NCBI GenBank assembly: GCA_965222155.1
Contig: CBDCTH010000012.1
Span: forward strand, 3,264,001-3,328,000
Source of the DNA: Gammaproteobacteria bacterium
GTDB lineage: Bacteria > Pseudomonadota > Gammaproteobacteria > Eutrophobiales > Eutrophobiaceae
DNA length: 64,000 nucleotides
Direction of reading: 5' to 3'
In this document: positions 29,883-40,100 of the stretch, piece by piece
How the letters are laid out: each line of letters begins with the position of its first letter
Position numbering within the stretch: the first letter of the stretch is position 1
Made by a program: the position numbers and the translations under genes
Notes under the pieces: generated by a model
What the model saw: only the letters and a program-made list of their open reading frames with translations
What the model was told of the DNA's origin: nothing
Databases searched by the model: none

Positions 29883-30531
29883 AATACTCGTAGAAGATCA
29901 ATCCGGCAAAAAAGCGCTTGATGTTTTGATCCCGAAAATCATTGGTGATCAACATACTTTCAAAGTTATTGCGCATAGCGGGATTGGTCATATTCCCAAA
30001 AATCTTAAACATATCAAGAATATCAGTACTCGTCTTTTACTAAATAAGCTCCCGATGTTGCTGAATGCTTATGGAAAAACATTTTTCAGTTATCCTGACA
30101 GTTACTCGGCGTCAGTGGTAGTGGTCTGTGATCTTGATGATAAATGTTTAAAGGCATTTCGTAGGGAACTGTTTGACGTTTTGGACGCATGCAGTCCACA
30201 ACCGAAAACGCGGTTTTGTATAGCCATAGAAGAAGGCGAAGCATGGTTTTTGGGTGATCTGGCGGCGATAAAAGCAGCTTATCCAAAAGTCAAAGATAAT
30301 GTGCTGAATGGTTATATCAACGGTTCAATTTGCGGAACTTGGGAACTCCTGGCTGATGCAATATATCCAGGAGGCTCAAGCAGTCTTAATAAAAAGGGAT
30401 GGCAGGGAATCGGTAGAGAAAAATCGATCTGGTCTGAAAATATTACTCCACACATGGATGTAGAAAAAAACGCATCTCCCAGTTTCTGCTATTTCCGGGG
30501 GAAGGTCCGAGAACTTGCTGAGCTAGGATAG
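29872..30531 (+). CDS. DUF4276-like TOPRIM-fold protein
   Basis: ILVEDQSG, VCDLDD, IEEGEAWFLGD, NASPSF. Overlaps the ATPase gene and is AT-rich. Confidence 0.75.
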   Translation: MHFEILVEDQSGKKALDVLIPKIIGDQHTFKVIAHSGIGHIPKNLKHIKNISTRLLLNKLPMLLNAYGKTFFSYPDSYSASVVVVCDLDDKCLKAFRRELFDVLDACSPQPKTRFCIAIEEGEAWFLGDLAAIKAAYPKVKDNVLNGYINGSICGTWELLADAIYPGGSSSLNKKGWQGIGREKSIWSENITPHMDVEKNASPSFCYFRGKVRELAELG

Positions 30532-30843
30532 GGTCAGACCTGCTTAACTATTTGTTTCAGCTCAGTTTATGTGCCATATATGCCGGTTATTTCCCCTTAA
30601 AACATCCTTTTTGCTCTCAAAATCGAGATTGTAAGATCCTCATGCCTGTTTGACGGAATTACTCTCCTGAATCTCTGTGGTCTGCTTGCTCAGCGTCTGA
30701 TACTTCCTCCTTAAAGTCCTATTTTGGGGTATGAAAATCGCCGTTTAAGCCTATGATTACATGCCTATTGCTACAGTTTACCTGTATTATCAGTAACTTC
30801 CGTCAGGCTGGACTGGTCTGACCCGATTCCCGCGATTCCCGAC

Positions 30844-30907
30844 TCACGTCCCGCGACTGGACAACTGGACGCGCTCAACACAGCGGTGGATAAATTTCTC
30901 GGCTGAC
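30844..30907 (+). repeat. Right copy of the direct repeat (displaced 3' end of the hydrolase gene)
   Basis: Encodes QLDALNTAVDKFLG* versus QLDALNSAVEQFLG* in the intact gene. Confidence 0.85.
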
Positions 30908-30914
30908 CCCTCTA

Positions 30915-33329
30915 CTACCAAAGGCTGGCGCGCAGGTCCACGCTCAGCCGGCGTGGTTGCCCAAGCGTTCCGATCACAGGGTCGAAATTCGGCGCCGGGG
31001 TGCCAGGCACGGCATCGCCGGGCCAGACCGACCCGTCCACGTAATAATCCTCATCAAAGATGTTTTCCACGTTGAAGCCCAAAGTCCAGATCTTGCCGAT
31101 GCCGATGGCGATTCGGGCGTTGACAACGTCCCAGCCCGGGTTCTTGGCCGTATTTTCCATATTGAACCAGAACGGGCCTTTACCAAGCCAGTCCAGCCGG
31201 CCCGTGATGGTCATGTTGTTTGAAATCGGGCGCTCATATTGACCGGATAAGGTGTAGCTGTACTTGTTAATCCAGGGTGGAAAATTATCGTTCCCTAACG
31301 GAGTACGCACACTGTTGACATTGATCACAGTGCTGCCCTCCTTGAACTCGGCATCAACCCAGCCGGCGCCACCGGTCACCGTGAGATGCTCATCAACCAG
31401 CCAGCGAAAGTCAAATTCCATGCCGTATTGGGTTGAATCTCCGGCATTAAGAATGTTCTCTACAATGCCGCCGATGGCGATCTGCTGCTGAATCTCAAAT
31501 TGCCGGTCCTTGTAATCAATATAGAATCCGGCCATGTTTACGGCCAGGCTGCCGTCCAGAAGACTCGTCTTCAGGCCAAGCTCATAACTGCTTGCTTCCT
31601 CTTCGGAGAAAGCGTTCAGCAAAGGTGTGCCAAACGGATCGTAAAGATTGTAGCCCCCCGGCTCATAACCCTTGGCAAAGGTGAAGTAAGCCATGTTACC
31701 GTTATCAAAAGTATAGGAAAGCGAAATTTTGGGCAGAAATTCCGTATCACTCTGGTCGAGGTACGGAACCCCAGTGCCGTATAATCCGGCATTGCGGTCG
31801 AGGGTGTCTGACGACCAGTAATCCGCGCGCAGCCCGAGCCCCAGTTCCCAATGCTCCAGTAAAGTGTAATTCACCGAAACAAAAGCGCCGATATGTTCGA
31901 TTTCCCGATACCTGTTCTCAAAAGGAAAATAAATCCGCACCCCCTGTTCCTGCGCGAGGGTTGGCGGCACGGACATATCCCCCAGCACTGTATCCAGGAT
32001 TGCCAATGGCCCGGGGGGCAGGATTGCGCCACCTGGCCCGAACGGTGCGCCGGTCAGGACACTGGTGGCATCGTAAAAATTGGCAAAGGAATCCCAGTCG
32101 TTTTCCTTCTTGGAATTAAATGCACCGACAATCCACTCAAGCGAGCCTTCGTTGTTGGAGGTCACCCGCAGCTCGTGGGTCATGAACTCGGTTAACTCCG
32201 GGCGATACAGGTCGAAGCCTACTTCGCTGGTCACGTCAAGGTCGGTGGTCCTGTAGCTTTCCGTGTCCGTATAGGAGCCCAGGTAGGTAACCGTCACCGG
32301 CCCGGCGTCCCAGTTGAGTTCCCAGGTGCCGGCGTAGGTTTCACGGGTATGTCTGCCGGCAAACGTCAGTTCGCGCTCGCGACTGTAGGTCATGTTGTTC
32401 GGTACTTCGACGCGCCAGTTATTATTGCCGACATCCCATTCGTTATAACGGACTGAACCGAAGAATTCGATAGTGTCCGTAATGTTGCCCAGTACGGAAA
32501 CGCGCACCCCATTCTCTTCGCGCTCATTCGGTCGGCCGCGCCATTTTTCCGCAATGTCAGGAATCATACAGTTGGGAACAAATGGTCCGAACGGCGCAGC
32601 GCAAGCGTTGTCGCTCGGCCAGAATCTGTTCGTTGTTCCCCCTCCCGGCAAGGGAATACTGGTGCTGTCCTCACCATTAAGCCGTGTAGGATCGCTTGCT
32701 TTCAGGAATCCGTCGTCCTCTTCGTGATAACCAAAGATGCGAATCGCGAGTTTGTCCTCTATAAGAGGCATACCGACTGTGCCGGAAAAGTTGCGGGTAT
32801 CCTGCTCACCCAGAGTTACCATCAGGTTCCCCACTTTTTTCTCCAGGTCCGGCCGTTTGGTAATGAACTTGATCGCTCCTCCCACATTGCTTCCTCCATA
32901 CAACGTACCTTGCGGGCCCTTCAGGACTTCCATTCGCTCAAGATCACCGAATTTTGACGAGGCATCGGTAACGACTTGCACACCGTCCACAAAAAATCCC
33001 ACGCCCTGGGTATTGCCAAACGAGCCCACCCCGCGGATGGTTACATTGGGATAGCCGTCGGCGCGGGTCGTGAGGGTCAGGTTGGGTACGCGACCGCCGA
33101 TGTCATTAATCTGGTCGATATTGGCCATCTCAAGCTCGAAGCTTGACAGACTGGTAATCGATTCCGGAATCTCCTGCAAACTCTCTGAACGTTTACGCGC
33201 GGTCACCACGATTTCTTCAAGCGCCTGCGCTATGGCGTAACCGGGTATAAGGGCGCCACATAACGCCGTCAGAATGACAAGTCTGCCCGTCTTCAACAGG
33301 CTTTCGCCTTTATAGTTTTGATAGAACAT
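30915..33329 (-). CDS. TonB-dependent outer membrane receptor
   Basis: LEEIVVTARKR, MEVLKGPQGTLYG, C-terminal GQPRRLSVDLRASLW. Confidence 0.95.
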   Translation of the reverse strand: MFYQNYKGESLLKTGRLVILTALCGALIPGYAIAQALEEIVVTARKRSESLQEIPESITSLSSFELEMANIDQINDIGGRVPNLTLTTRADGYPNVTIRGVGSFGNTQGVGFFVDGVQVVTDASSKFGDLERMEVLKGPQGTLYGGSNVGGAIKFITKRPDLEKKVGNLMVTLGEQDTRNFSGTVGMPLIEDKLAIRIFGYHEEDDGFLKASDPTRLNGEDSTSIPLPGGGTTNRFWPSDNACAAPFGPFVPNCMIPDIAEKWRGRPNEREENGVRVSVLGNITDTIEFFGSVRYNEWDVGNNNWRVEVPNNMTYSRERELTFAGRHTRETYAGTWELNWDAGPVTVTYLGSYTDTESYRTTDLDVTSEVGFDLYRPELTEFMTHELRVTSNNEGSLEWIVGAFNSKKENDWDSFANFYDATSVLTGAPFGPGGAILPPGPLAILDTVLGDMSVPPTLAQEQGVRIYFPFENRYREIEHIGAFVSVNYTLLEHWELGLGLRADYWSSDTLDRNAGLYGTGVPYLDQSDTEFLPKISLSYTFDNGNMAYFTFAKGYEPGGYNLYDPFGTPLLNAFSEEEASSYELGLKTSLLDGSLAVNMAGFYIDYKDRQFEIQQQIAIGGIVENILNAGDSTQYGMEFDFRWLVDEHLTVTGGAGWVDAEFKEGSTVINVNSVRTPLGNDNFPPWINKYSYTLSGQYERPISNNMTITGRLDWLGKGPFWFNMENTAKNPGWDVVNARIAIGIGKIWTLGFNVENIFDEDYYVDGSVWPGDAVPGTPAPNFDPVIGTLGQPRRLSVDLRASLW

Positions 33330-33610
33330 TGTTTTCCCCCTTGCCCCGCTCTTTTGGGACTGATCAGACTATATTTCGCATCAGTAAAATAATATGTGTA
33401 AAGGAATTCAATATCTTGTAGTACAGCGCAAACAGAACTTTCTCCTGATGCAACTAACTCAAGGGTTGGACAGATGAAATCAATTGATTTTCAGGACGGA
33501 GAATTGCGGTATTATCTGATAATTAACGAATGGACGAACTGTTGAATGCAAAGGAGATGGCGGTTATCTTCTGCCTGCAATCATGATCCCCTGAGCTTGG
33601 AGGAAAGCTG

Positions 33611-34078
33611 ATGAATATTCACAGATTAGCGCTTTTGATTATCCTGTTATGCGCATCTTCTCTGTGTGCCGGAGAGAAGCGTCACGGCCCCGAGGCCATT
33701 GAAATCAAGGTGAGTGTCGGTACTGCCGATGAAGAAATGAAGTTTGTCCCGGATACCTTTTCTTTTGAACGAGGCAAATACTACAAACTGGTGCTGCATA
33801 ACCCCAGTTCAGAGGAGCATTACTTTACCTCGGATGCACTCTCGACACATATCTTTACCAGAAAGGTGGAAGTCGCGGACAAGTCCGGCAAGACTGTCGC
33901 GGAAATACACGGCGATATTAACGATATCGAGCTTAAACCCGGCGCCACCGTCGAATGGTTTTTCTATCCCATGACAAAGGGGAGAAACCTGAAACTCTAT
34001 TGTCACAAGGACGGCCATGAGGAACAGGGCATGGCAGGAACGATCAATATCAGCGGCCCACCGCCGTTTAGTAAATAA
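33611..34078 (+). CDS. Exported cupredoxin-fold copper-binding protein
   Basis: Signal peptide, MKFVPD, upstream His (EHYF) and C-x4-H-x4-M loop (YCHKDGHEEQGM). Confidence 0.8.
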   Translation: MNIHRLALLIILLCASSLCAGEKRHGPEAIEIKVSVGTADEEMKFVPDTFSFERGKYYKLVLHNPSSEEHYFTSDALSTHIFTRKVEVADKSGKTVAEIHGDINDIELKPGATVEWFFYPMTKGRNLKLYCHKDGHEEQGMAGTINISGPPPFSK

Positions 34079-34115
34079 TATGTGGCCGGAAATTCGGAAA
34101 CAGGAAGCAAACTAA

Positions 34116-34144
34116 GGAACCTCTGATTAAGTCTCAGAGGTTCC
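34116..34144. repeat. Hairpin GGAACCTCTGA-N7-TCAGAGGTTCC (terminator or collapsed MITE ends)
   Basis: 11-bp perfect stem downstream of the cupredoxin gene. Confidence 0.5.
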
Positions 34145-34224
34145 TGCGATACAGGGATGTATGGTCATGCAGTTGGTTTTACCCGACAAGTGGAAATATC
34201 TTCTACTGTGGAAGTATCTTCTAC

Positions 34225-34269
34225 TTGACTGAAAATCCCAATATGACTATAGTTATGACCATGGTCATA
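34225..34269 (+). promoter_or_regulatory. Sigma70 promoter with overlapping palindromic operators for phd-vapC
   Basis: TTGACT-17 bp-TATAGT. Perfect palindrome TATGACCATGGTCATA at 34254-34269 and an imperfect copy at 34242-34257. Confidence 0.72.
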
Positions 34270-34282
34270 TTAGGGTATTACT

Positions 34283-34510
34283 ATGAAAACTATCAAAGCA
34301 TCGGAATTTAAGGCCAAGTGTTTAGGAATAATGAACGAAGTCGCAGATACGGGGGAACCCGTCATAATTACCAAGAACAGTAAACCGATCAGCAAACTTG
34401 TTCCCTGTTACCAGAAACCCGCGTCATTATTTGGATTGCATCGCGGAATTATTAAAAGCCATGATGATCTGATTGCTCCCTCCGGTGATGTCTGGGATGC
34501 CGACCGTTGA
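34283..34510 (+). CDS. Phd/YefM family antitoxin
   Basis: MKTIKASEFKAKCL..M.EV..TGEPVIITKNSKP. Confidence 0.9.
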   Translation: MKTIKASEFKAKCLGIMNEVADTGEPVIITKNSKPISKLVPCYQKPASLFGLHRGIIKSHDDLIAPSGDVWDADR

Positions 34511-34908
34511 TTATCCTTGATACCCATGCCCTCATATGGCTTGACGAGGGTAGTTCGCGTTTAGGAAAAAAATCCAGGGGGCTAATCGATGAGGGATTGG
34601 ATAACGAAATGCTTGTCGTCTCGGCAATTAGCTTCTGGGAAATCGCCATGCTCATTCAAAAGCAACGTCTCTCCCTGTTGACCCCGCTCTCACAATGGAT
34701 GCGGGACCTGTTGCAACAAGGGCTGCAGGAAGTCCCTGTGACTGGTGAGATTGGGATTATTGCTGCCGGAATACCAGGTTTTCATGGCGACCCGGCTGAT
34801 CGCCTTATTGTAGCGACAGCTATTTCCAATTCAGCAACACTGATTACTGCCGACGAAAACATACTGAACTGGAATGGCAATATACAACGCCACTGTGCTG
34901 CCAACTGA
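34507..34908 (+). CDS. vapC: VapC/PIN domain toxin
   Basis: LDTHALIW, SAISFWEI, HGDPADRLIVATA, LITAD; overlaps the antitoxin stop. Confidence 0.9.
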   Translation: MIILDTHALIWLDEGSSRLGKKSRGLIDEGLDNEMLVVSAISFWEIAMLIQKQRLSLLTPLSQWMRDLLQQGLQEVPVTGEIGIIAAGIPGFHGDPADRLIVATAISNSATLITADENILNWNGNIQRHCAAN

Positions 34909-34917
34909 TGGGTTAAG

Positions 34918-35646
34918 TCAGTTGGTTATATAAAGTTTGCCTCCAATTTCCACGCCCAGGTGGTTCGCCGCGCTGCCTCCGTTCACGGCGATTTCGATCA
35001 GTCCCTGTGAGTTGCGATACCAGAAGGCATTACCATGGGTGACAGATGCAAAAGTGTCGGCATAGGGGATATTGATCCCGTTTATCTGTATCACTCCGGT
35101 GCTTTCCAGCATTACAGCCCTGATCCCGGTCATGCAGTTGCCGAAGTGATCGATATAGATGACCTCGTTCAAATCATCCGGCCAGCCATGCCGGTCTTCC
35201 CAGCGTATTGCCGTACCGGGAATGTCTTTATTCCTGATCATTGCTGCCGTCGGAGCGTATAAATCGCGGCCATGAAAGCTGGCCGATAATGTTTCGGGCC
35301 GCCAGTCCAGACGCCAACATTCTACCTCCGAACTATGCCGACAAACGATATCGAAAAGACCGTTATCCGGCCCCAGATACCACTGCCCGTTCGCCTTGAG
35401 TACCACCGGCCGGTCCTGAAAACTGCCTACGCCGGGGTCAACCACGGAAAAGAAGATCGTCTCCGGTTCCGCGGTAAATGCCCGGCTGAACGCGAGCAGG
35501 AGATACGCCGAAGCCCTGGGGTTGTTACGCGGCGCATCGGCCAGCAGGTTGATCACGTTTTCTGCCGGGAGAATCCTGTGCAATACCGCTTGCACCTGTC
35601 CCAGGTAGGGGCCTTGTAAACCATAGTCCGTAAACAATACGATCAT
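34918..35646 (-). CDS. SAM hydroxide adenosyltransferase (DUF62; chlorinase/fluorinase superfamily)
   Basis: LFTDYG, VVDPGVG..R, GPDNGL, SFHGRDLYAP, YIDHFGN, EIAVNGGSAA. Confidence 0.88.
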   Translation of the reverse strand: MIVLFTDYGLQGPYLGQVQAVLHRILPAENVINLLADAPRNNPRASAYLLLAFSRAFTAEPETIFFSVVDPGVGSFQDRPVVLKANGQWYLGPDNGLFDIVCRHSSEVECWRLDWRPETLSASFHGRDLYAPTAAMIRNKDIPGTAIRWEDRHGWPDDLNEVIYIDHFGNCMTGIRAVMLESTGVIQINGINIPYADTFASVTHGNAFWYRNSQGLIEIAVNGGSAANHLGVEIGGKLYITN

Positions 35647-35756
35647 TATTGTTTTAGCACGTGAGACTGTTCGCAGATAAAAAACCGGGTATCCTATATG
35701 TAAATTTATTATGGGCATATCCCCGCGTTAATTCAAACTGGAGACAGGCAAAACTT

Positions 35757-36371
35757 ATGGCGCAACAAAAAGCGACAAATGTACATTGGCATCACGGTGA
35801 TATTACCCGCGAGGACCGAAACAGGCTTTTGGGGCAGAAGGGGGCGACGCTCTGGTTTACGGGACTCTCAGCCAGCGGTAAGAGCACTATCGCCGTCGCG
35901 CTGGAGGCAGTCCTGTACGAACAAGGGAAGCTATGTTATCGACTGGACGGCGATAATATCCGTTTCGGGATAAATAAAAACCTCGGCTTCTCTGCAGAGG
36001 ATCGCGCTGAGAACATCCGGCGAATCGGTGAAATTGCCAAACTGTTTGTAGATTCGAGTTTGATTGTATTATCGAGTTTCATCAGTCCCTACCGGAAAGA
36101 CCGCGAGCAAGTACGGAAACTGCATGATGACGCCGATTTTAAATTCGTTGAGGTATTCGTCGATTGTTCGCTGGAGACGGCGGAACAACGTGACCCAAAA
36201 GGGTTGTATAAAAAAGCGCGGGCTGGGGAGATTAAGAATTTTACCGGGATTGACGATCCTTATGAAGCGCCGGAAAACCCGGAAATCCACTTGCATACTG
36301 ATCAAATGACGCTTGAGGAAGAGGTTGAAATAATCGTCGAATATATGAAGGAGAAAAGTATTATCAGTTGA
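35757..36371 (+). CDS. cysC: Adenylyl-sulfate kinase
   Basis: WFTGLSASGKST, LDGDNIR, ENIRRIGE, FISPYR, RDPKGLYKKARAGEIKNFTGIDDPYE. Confidence 0.96.
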   Translation: MAQQKATNVHWHHGDITREDRNRLLGQKGATLWFTGLSASGKSTIAVALEAVLYEQGKLCYRLDGDNIRFGINKNLGFSAEDRAENIRRIGEIAKLFVDSSLIVLSSFISPYRKDREQVRKLHDDADFKFVEVFVDCSLETAEQRDPKGLYKKARAGEIKNFTGIDDPYEAPENPEIHLHTDQMTLEEEVEIIVEYMKEKSIIS

Positions 36372-36417
36372 TGTCCGGCGAGTTGCTAAGATATGCCGGT
36401 TAAAAGTACGCTCGCCG

Positions 36418-37104
36418 TCAGACGATAAACTGCAAGACCTTATCCATATATCTATTGATAGTGGAGTAACAGGAAGTATCAACCCCAAGTATCTCCGCCT
36501 CGGTTTGCACGTAACGGGAGGGCTGTAATTCATCCCGGCAGTAGTGGGCAAGTGCGCGGGCGCTCACCGGTGTTGTTTCCAGGTGAAACTGCATGCCGAT
36601 CACCCGCCGGCCCAGTTGAAAAGCCTGGTTCTCACAGGCATGACTCCTGGCAAGCCGTATTGCCCCCACCGGCAGGTCGAAAGTCTCGCCGTGCCAGTGA
36701 AACACAAGCAGTTCTTCCGGGAAGGGGAATAAGTCTCCCGCGCCGCTCGTCGATTCTCCTGCAACAGGAAACCAGCCGATTTCTTTTTCCTTATTCGGGC
36801 GAACGGCGGCGCCCATAGCGTTGGCAATCAACTGCGCGCCCAGGCAAATACCGATAACGGCCTTGTCTTTCTCAATGGCCGTACGTATCAACTCCTTCTC
36901 CGCTACAAGCCAGGGAAAGTCTGCTTCATCGTTCACGCTCATGGGGCCGCCCATAATGACCAGTAAATCAAGGTCATCCACGGCCGGCAACGTCGGGTCC
37001 TCGAAGAGCCTGGTGCCTGTAGTCTCGGCATGGATAGATTGCAACCAGGAATCGATGTTGCCTAAACCCTCGAATGGGACGTGTTGCAGGTAATGGGCGC
37101 GCAT
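36418..37104 (-). CDS. Class I glutamine amidotransferase
   Basis: LQHVPFEGLG, MGGPMSV, GICLGAQL, WHGETF, QFHLE (Cys-His-Glu triad). Confidence 0.92.
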   Translation of the reverse strand: MRAHYLQHVPFEGLGNIDSWLQSIHAETTGTRLFEDPTLPAVDDLDLLVIMGGPMSVNDEADFPWLVAEKELIRTAIEKDKAVIGICLGAQLIANAMGAAVRPNKEKEIGWFPVAGESTSGAGDLFPFPEELLVFHWHGETFDLPVGAIRLARSHACENQAFQLGRRVIGMQFHLETTPVSARALAHYCRDELQPSRYVQTEAEILGVDTSCYSTINRYMDKVLQFIV

Positions 37105-37108
37105 AAGG

Positions 37109-40100
37109 TTAGGAATAGACCCACTCCCGCCAGCCGCGCAGCAGTGGGAAGTACAGACCCAGGCGGATAGGTCTGTCATCCAGTGCGGACATGATGTCGG
37201 CGTATTTCTCTAACTGTTCCCGGTAGCGGTCCTGCTGGAGGTCCAGGAACCGGTCAACGTCCCCGGACTCATGGCGTGAGGTCTTGTAGTCAATAATCCA
37301 GCGGACGCCTTCCTTGTCGACAAAGGTTCGGTCGATGATGATATTCACGACGTCCCCCCGGTGGATGCCGCTGAGGGCGTGTTCGCTGGCTTGTTCCCGG
37401 TGGTAGGCCAGCAACCACTGTCCGCGCGGGTCTGTCAGTAATGCCATCAACGCTTGTTCCACCAGGTCGCAGGCCGTATCCAGTTCCGCATCAGGCACAT
37501 CCAGAACACGCAGGGATTCCCGGTAGTATTGCCGCCAACCGGTGATTTTTCCGGCGTTCCACTGGTCGATTCCCGCCGTTGCCATCACCTGTATGCACCG
37601 GTGTACGACGCTACCCACGTGCATGATGGTGCGTCCGGCCCATTGGTATTCAATCCTGCCGTTTTCAGTTTCGATGTCTCGCCGCTCTGCGCCAGGATCA
37701 GTCGCTTTGATCCAGTGCGCCGCAGGTGGTGGTGCAGGCAACTGCCAATCCGCGCTCAGGCGTCGCAAGGGTGCGGCTTGAACCTCGGCAGGTGACGCCG
37801 TCTCTCCGTCCACCGGCGGCCGGTTTTCCAGGTGTGTCCGGAAACACTCCTCAACGACAGGCCATAACTGCGCCAGCAAGGTGTTGTCCGGGGGCTTTGT
37901 CAAGTCGCCGTCTTTGTTCTCCTCCGCGCTGCCGATCAGGTGCAGTTGTTTACGCGCCCGGGTGGCCGCCACGTACAATAAGCGTCCCTCCTCGTGGTGT
38001 TGCTTTTTCTTCTCCAGACTCCTGATGAAATCGTAGATAGGTGAAAAGTCCTCGTGGCTTGCCTTGACGGGCGCCAGCAACAGGTCGGAGTGATCCTGGT
38101 GTGGGCTTTCCGACCAGAGTAGCAACTGTGTATCGTCACTGCGACTACGCTTGGACAGGCCGGGCAGGATCACATGGTCGAATTCCAGCCCCTTGGCTTT
38201 ATGGATGGACATGACCTGAAGGGAATCATCGGCCCGGACATCGGCGCTTGCATACAGGGTATCCACTCGGTCGATGAACTCATCCCTGCTACCCAGGTCG
38301 CCGCCCACATCCAGTTCATCCAGCAGGTCAAAAAAAGTGTTGGCGTTGTGCAAATCGGTGGCTGAATCCAGGGTGGCCGGGCCACCCAGGTTAAGCCAGA
38401 CACCCTCGACCCAGCGTCGCAGCGGCATTCTGCCCTGCCGTGTGAACGCCTCTTCAAGAACAGGGCATAACCGGTCCAGTTGGCGCTGAGCGTCCGCGCT
38501 TGGTATTTCTCGCCTGCCTTTATCTTGCAGGCAATGCCAGATGGTTTCATCCTTCGCATCCGCCGTCAGGGCCAGGAGGTCCTCCAGGCGCAGCCCGCAC
38601 CAGGGCGCGCGCAGCAGGGCCAGCCAGGCGACCCGGTCGGCCGGGTGGTGCAGGGCGCGGGTCAACGCCATCAGGTCCTGGATGACGGGCCGAGTCGCCA
38701 GTCGCTCAATTTCGATGGCCCGAAAAGGCAGCCCGGACCTGGCCAGCATGGCTGTAATAGATTGCAGGTGGGGGCGGCTCCGTACCAGTATGGCAATGCT
38801 CTCCGGTTTCGGCGCGTTCAACCGGATTGTCTTGACCTGTTCCAGCACCAGCGCCGCTTCCAGCTCGTCATCCCGACCCAATATGGGGTGTATCTGTACC
38901 CTGTTTTCTGCTTTGTGCGGATGATGTGCGTCCGCCGCTGTGAAACTGACCGCGCCGCGGGCCGCGTCCGACTTGTCCGGCAGCGCCTCCCTGAATGCCC
39001 TGTTGACCCAATCCACAAGGTTCTTGTCGGAACGAAAGTTGACCTCGATATTCACCGGTTCAACCGGCACTTGTCCCAGTCGTTGTTGCTCCCAGGTAGC
39101 CAGGAATACGCCCACCTCGGCGTCCCGGAAGCGGTAGATGGACTGCATGGGGTCGCCCACCAGGAACAGGCTGTGACCATCTTCCGGAGCCCAGCCGGCG
39201 GTCAACTTCTCCAGCAATTTACCCTGGTTGATGGAAACGTCCTGGTACTCATCCACCAGGATATGACGGATCCGGTAATCCAGGTACAACGCAAGGTCGG
39301 TGGGGCTGTCCTCATTGCCCAATGCCCGGAGAGCCGCCAGGGAGATCCCGGTAAAATCCACCTGGTTGCGCTCGGCAAACAGCAGGTACAATTGCGCGTT
39401 GGCCAGCACCAGTAATTTGTATAAAGCCTCGAGCACCCGCCATTCCTCGTCGCTGTAGCCGGGCGGAGGCAGTCCGCGTATTTCCAGGAACAGTTCCTGT
39501 AATCGTTCATTATCCGCGCACCGGCTTAACAGGGATTGAAACCGGTGTTTCATGTCCTTGCCGGTATCACCCGGCGGGAATCCTTCGTTGACACTCAGCC
39601 GTTTACGCCAGTCACCTTTCCCGGTCAGACACAGGGAGATTATGAATTGCCAGCGCCGGAGATCAGTGGCGCCGGCGCCGGGTAATTCCTCGATAATGTA
39701 TGGCGACTCCGTAAGGTTCTGCGTGGCGAAACGAAGGCAGTCTGTAAATTCCGGCAAGAATTCCTGGGGCAAAGCCTCCAAAACATAATCCAGTGTTGTC
39801 TCTACAATATGTCTGAGGGCGCCCTCCAGGATCTTGCGGTCAGGACGTTGCCCCACCAGGTGACGGAGCCACTGGTCCCGTTTGCGCAGCATACCAGCCA
39901 GCATGTCCCTGGTCCGTGGCAGGTCGTTATCCAGGTGTTCCAGCAGCGCTTCAACAACATCGCTCCAACCCGCGTTGCTGCCCGGTTGCCCCCCATTCTC
40001 CGAAGCGCCGTCGTCCAGTTGCTTCAGAGTATTGGCCGCCGCCTCCCGATACAGGTCTTCGGCGTCCTCAATGACCTCCGGTTGCCCCCCCAGCTTCGAC

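Noticed and set aside
34918-35646. Fluorinase or chlorinase
   Set aside because: It keeps the Asp-Arg-His pattern of DUF62 SAM hydrolases and has no biosynthetic context.
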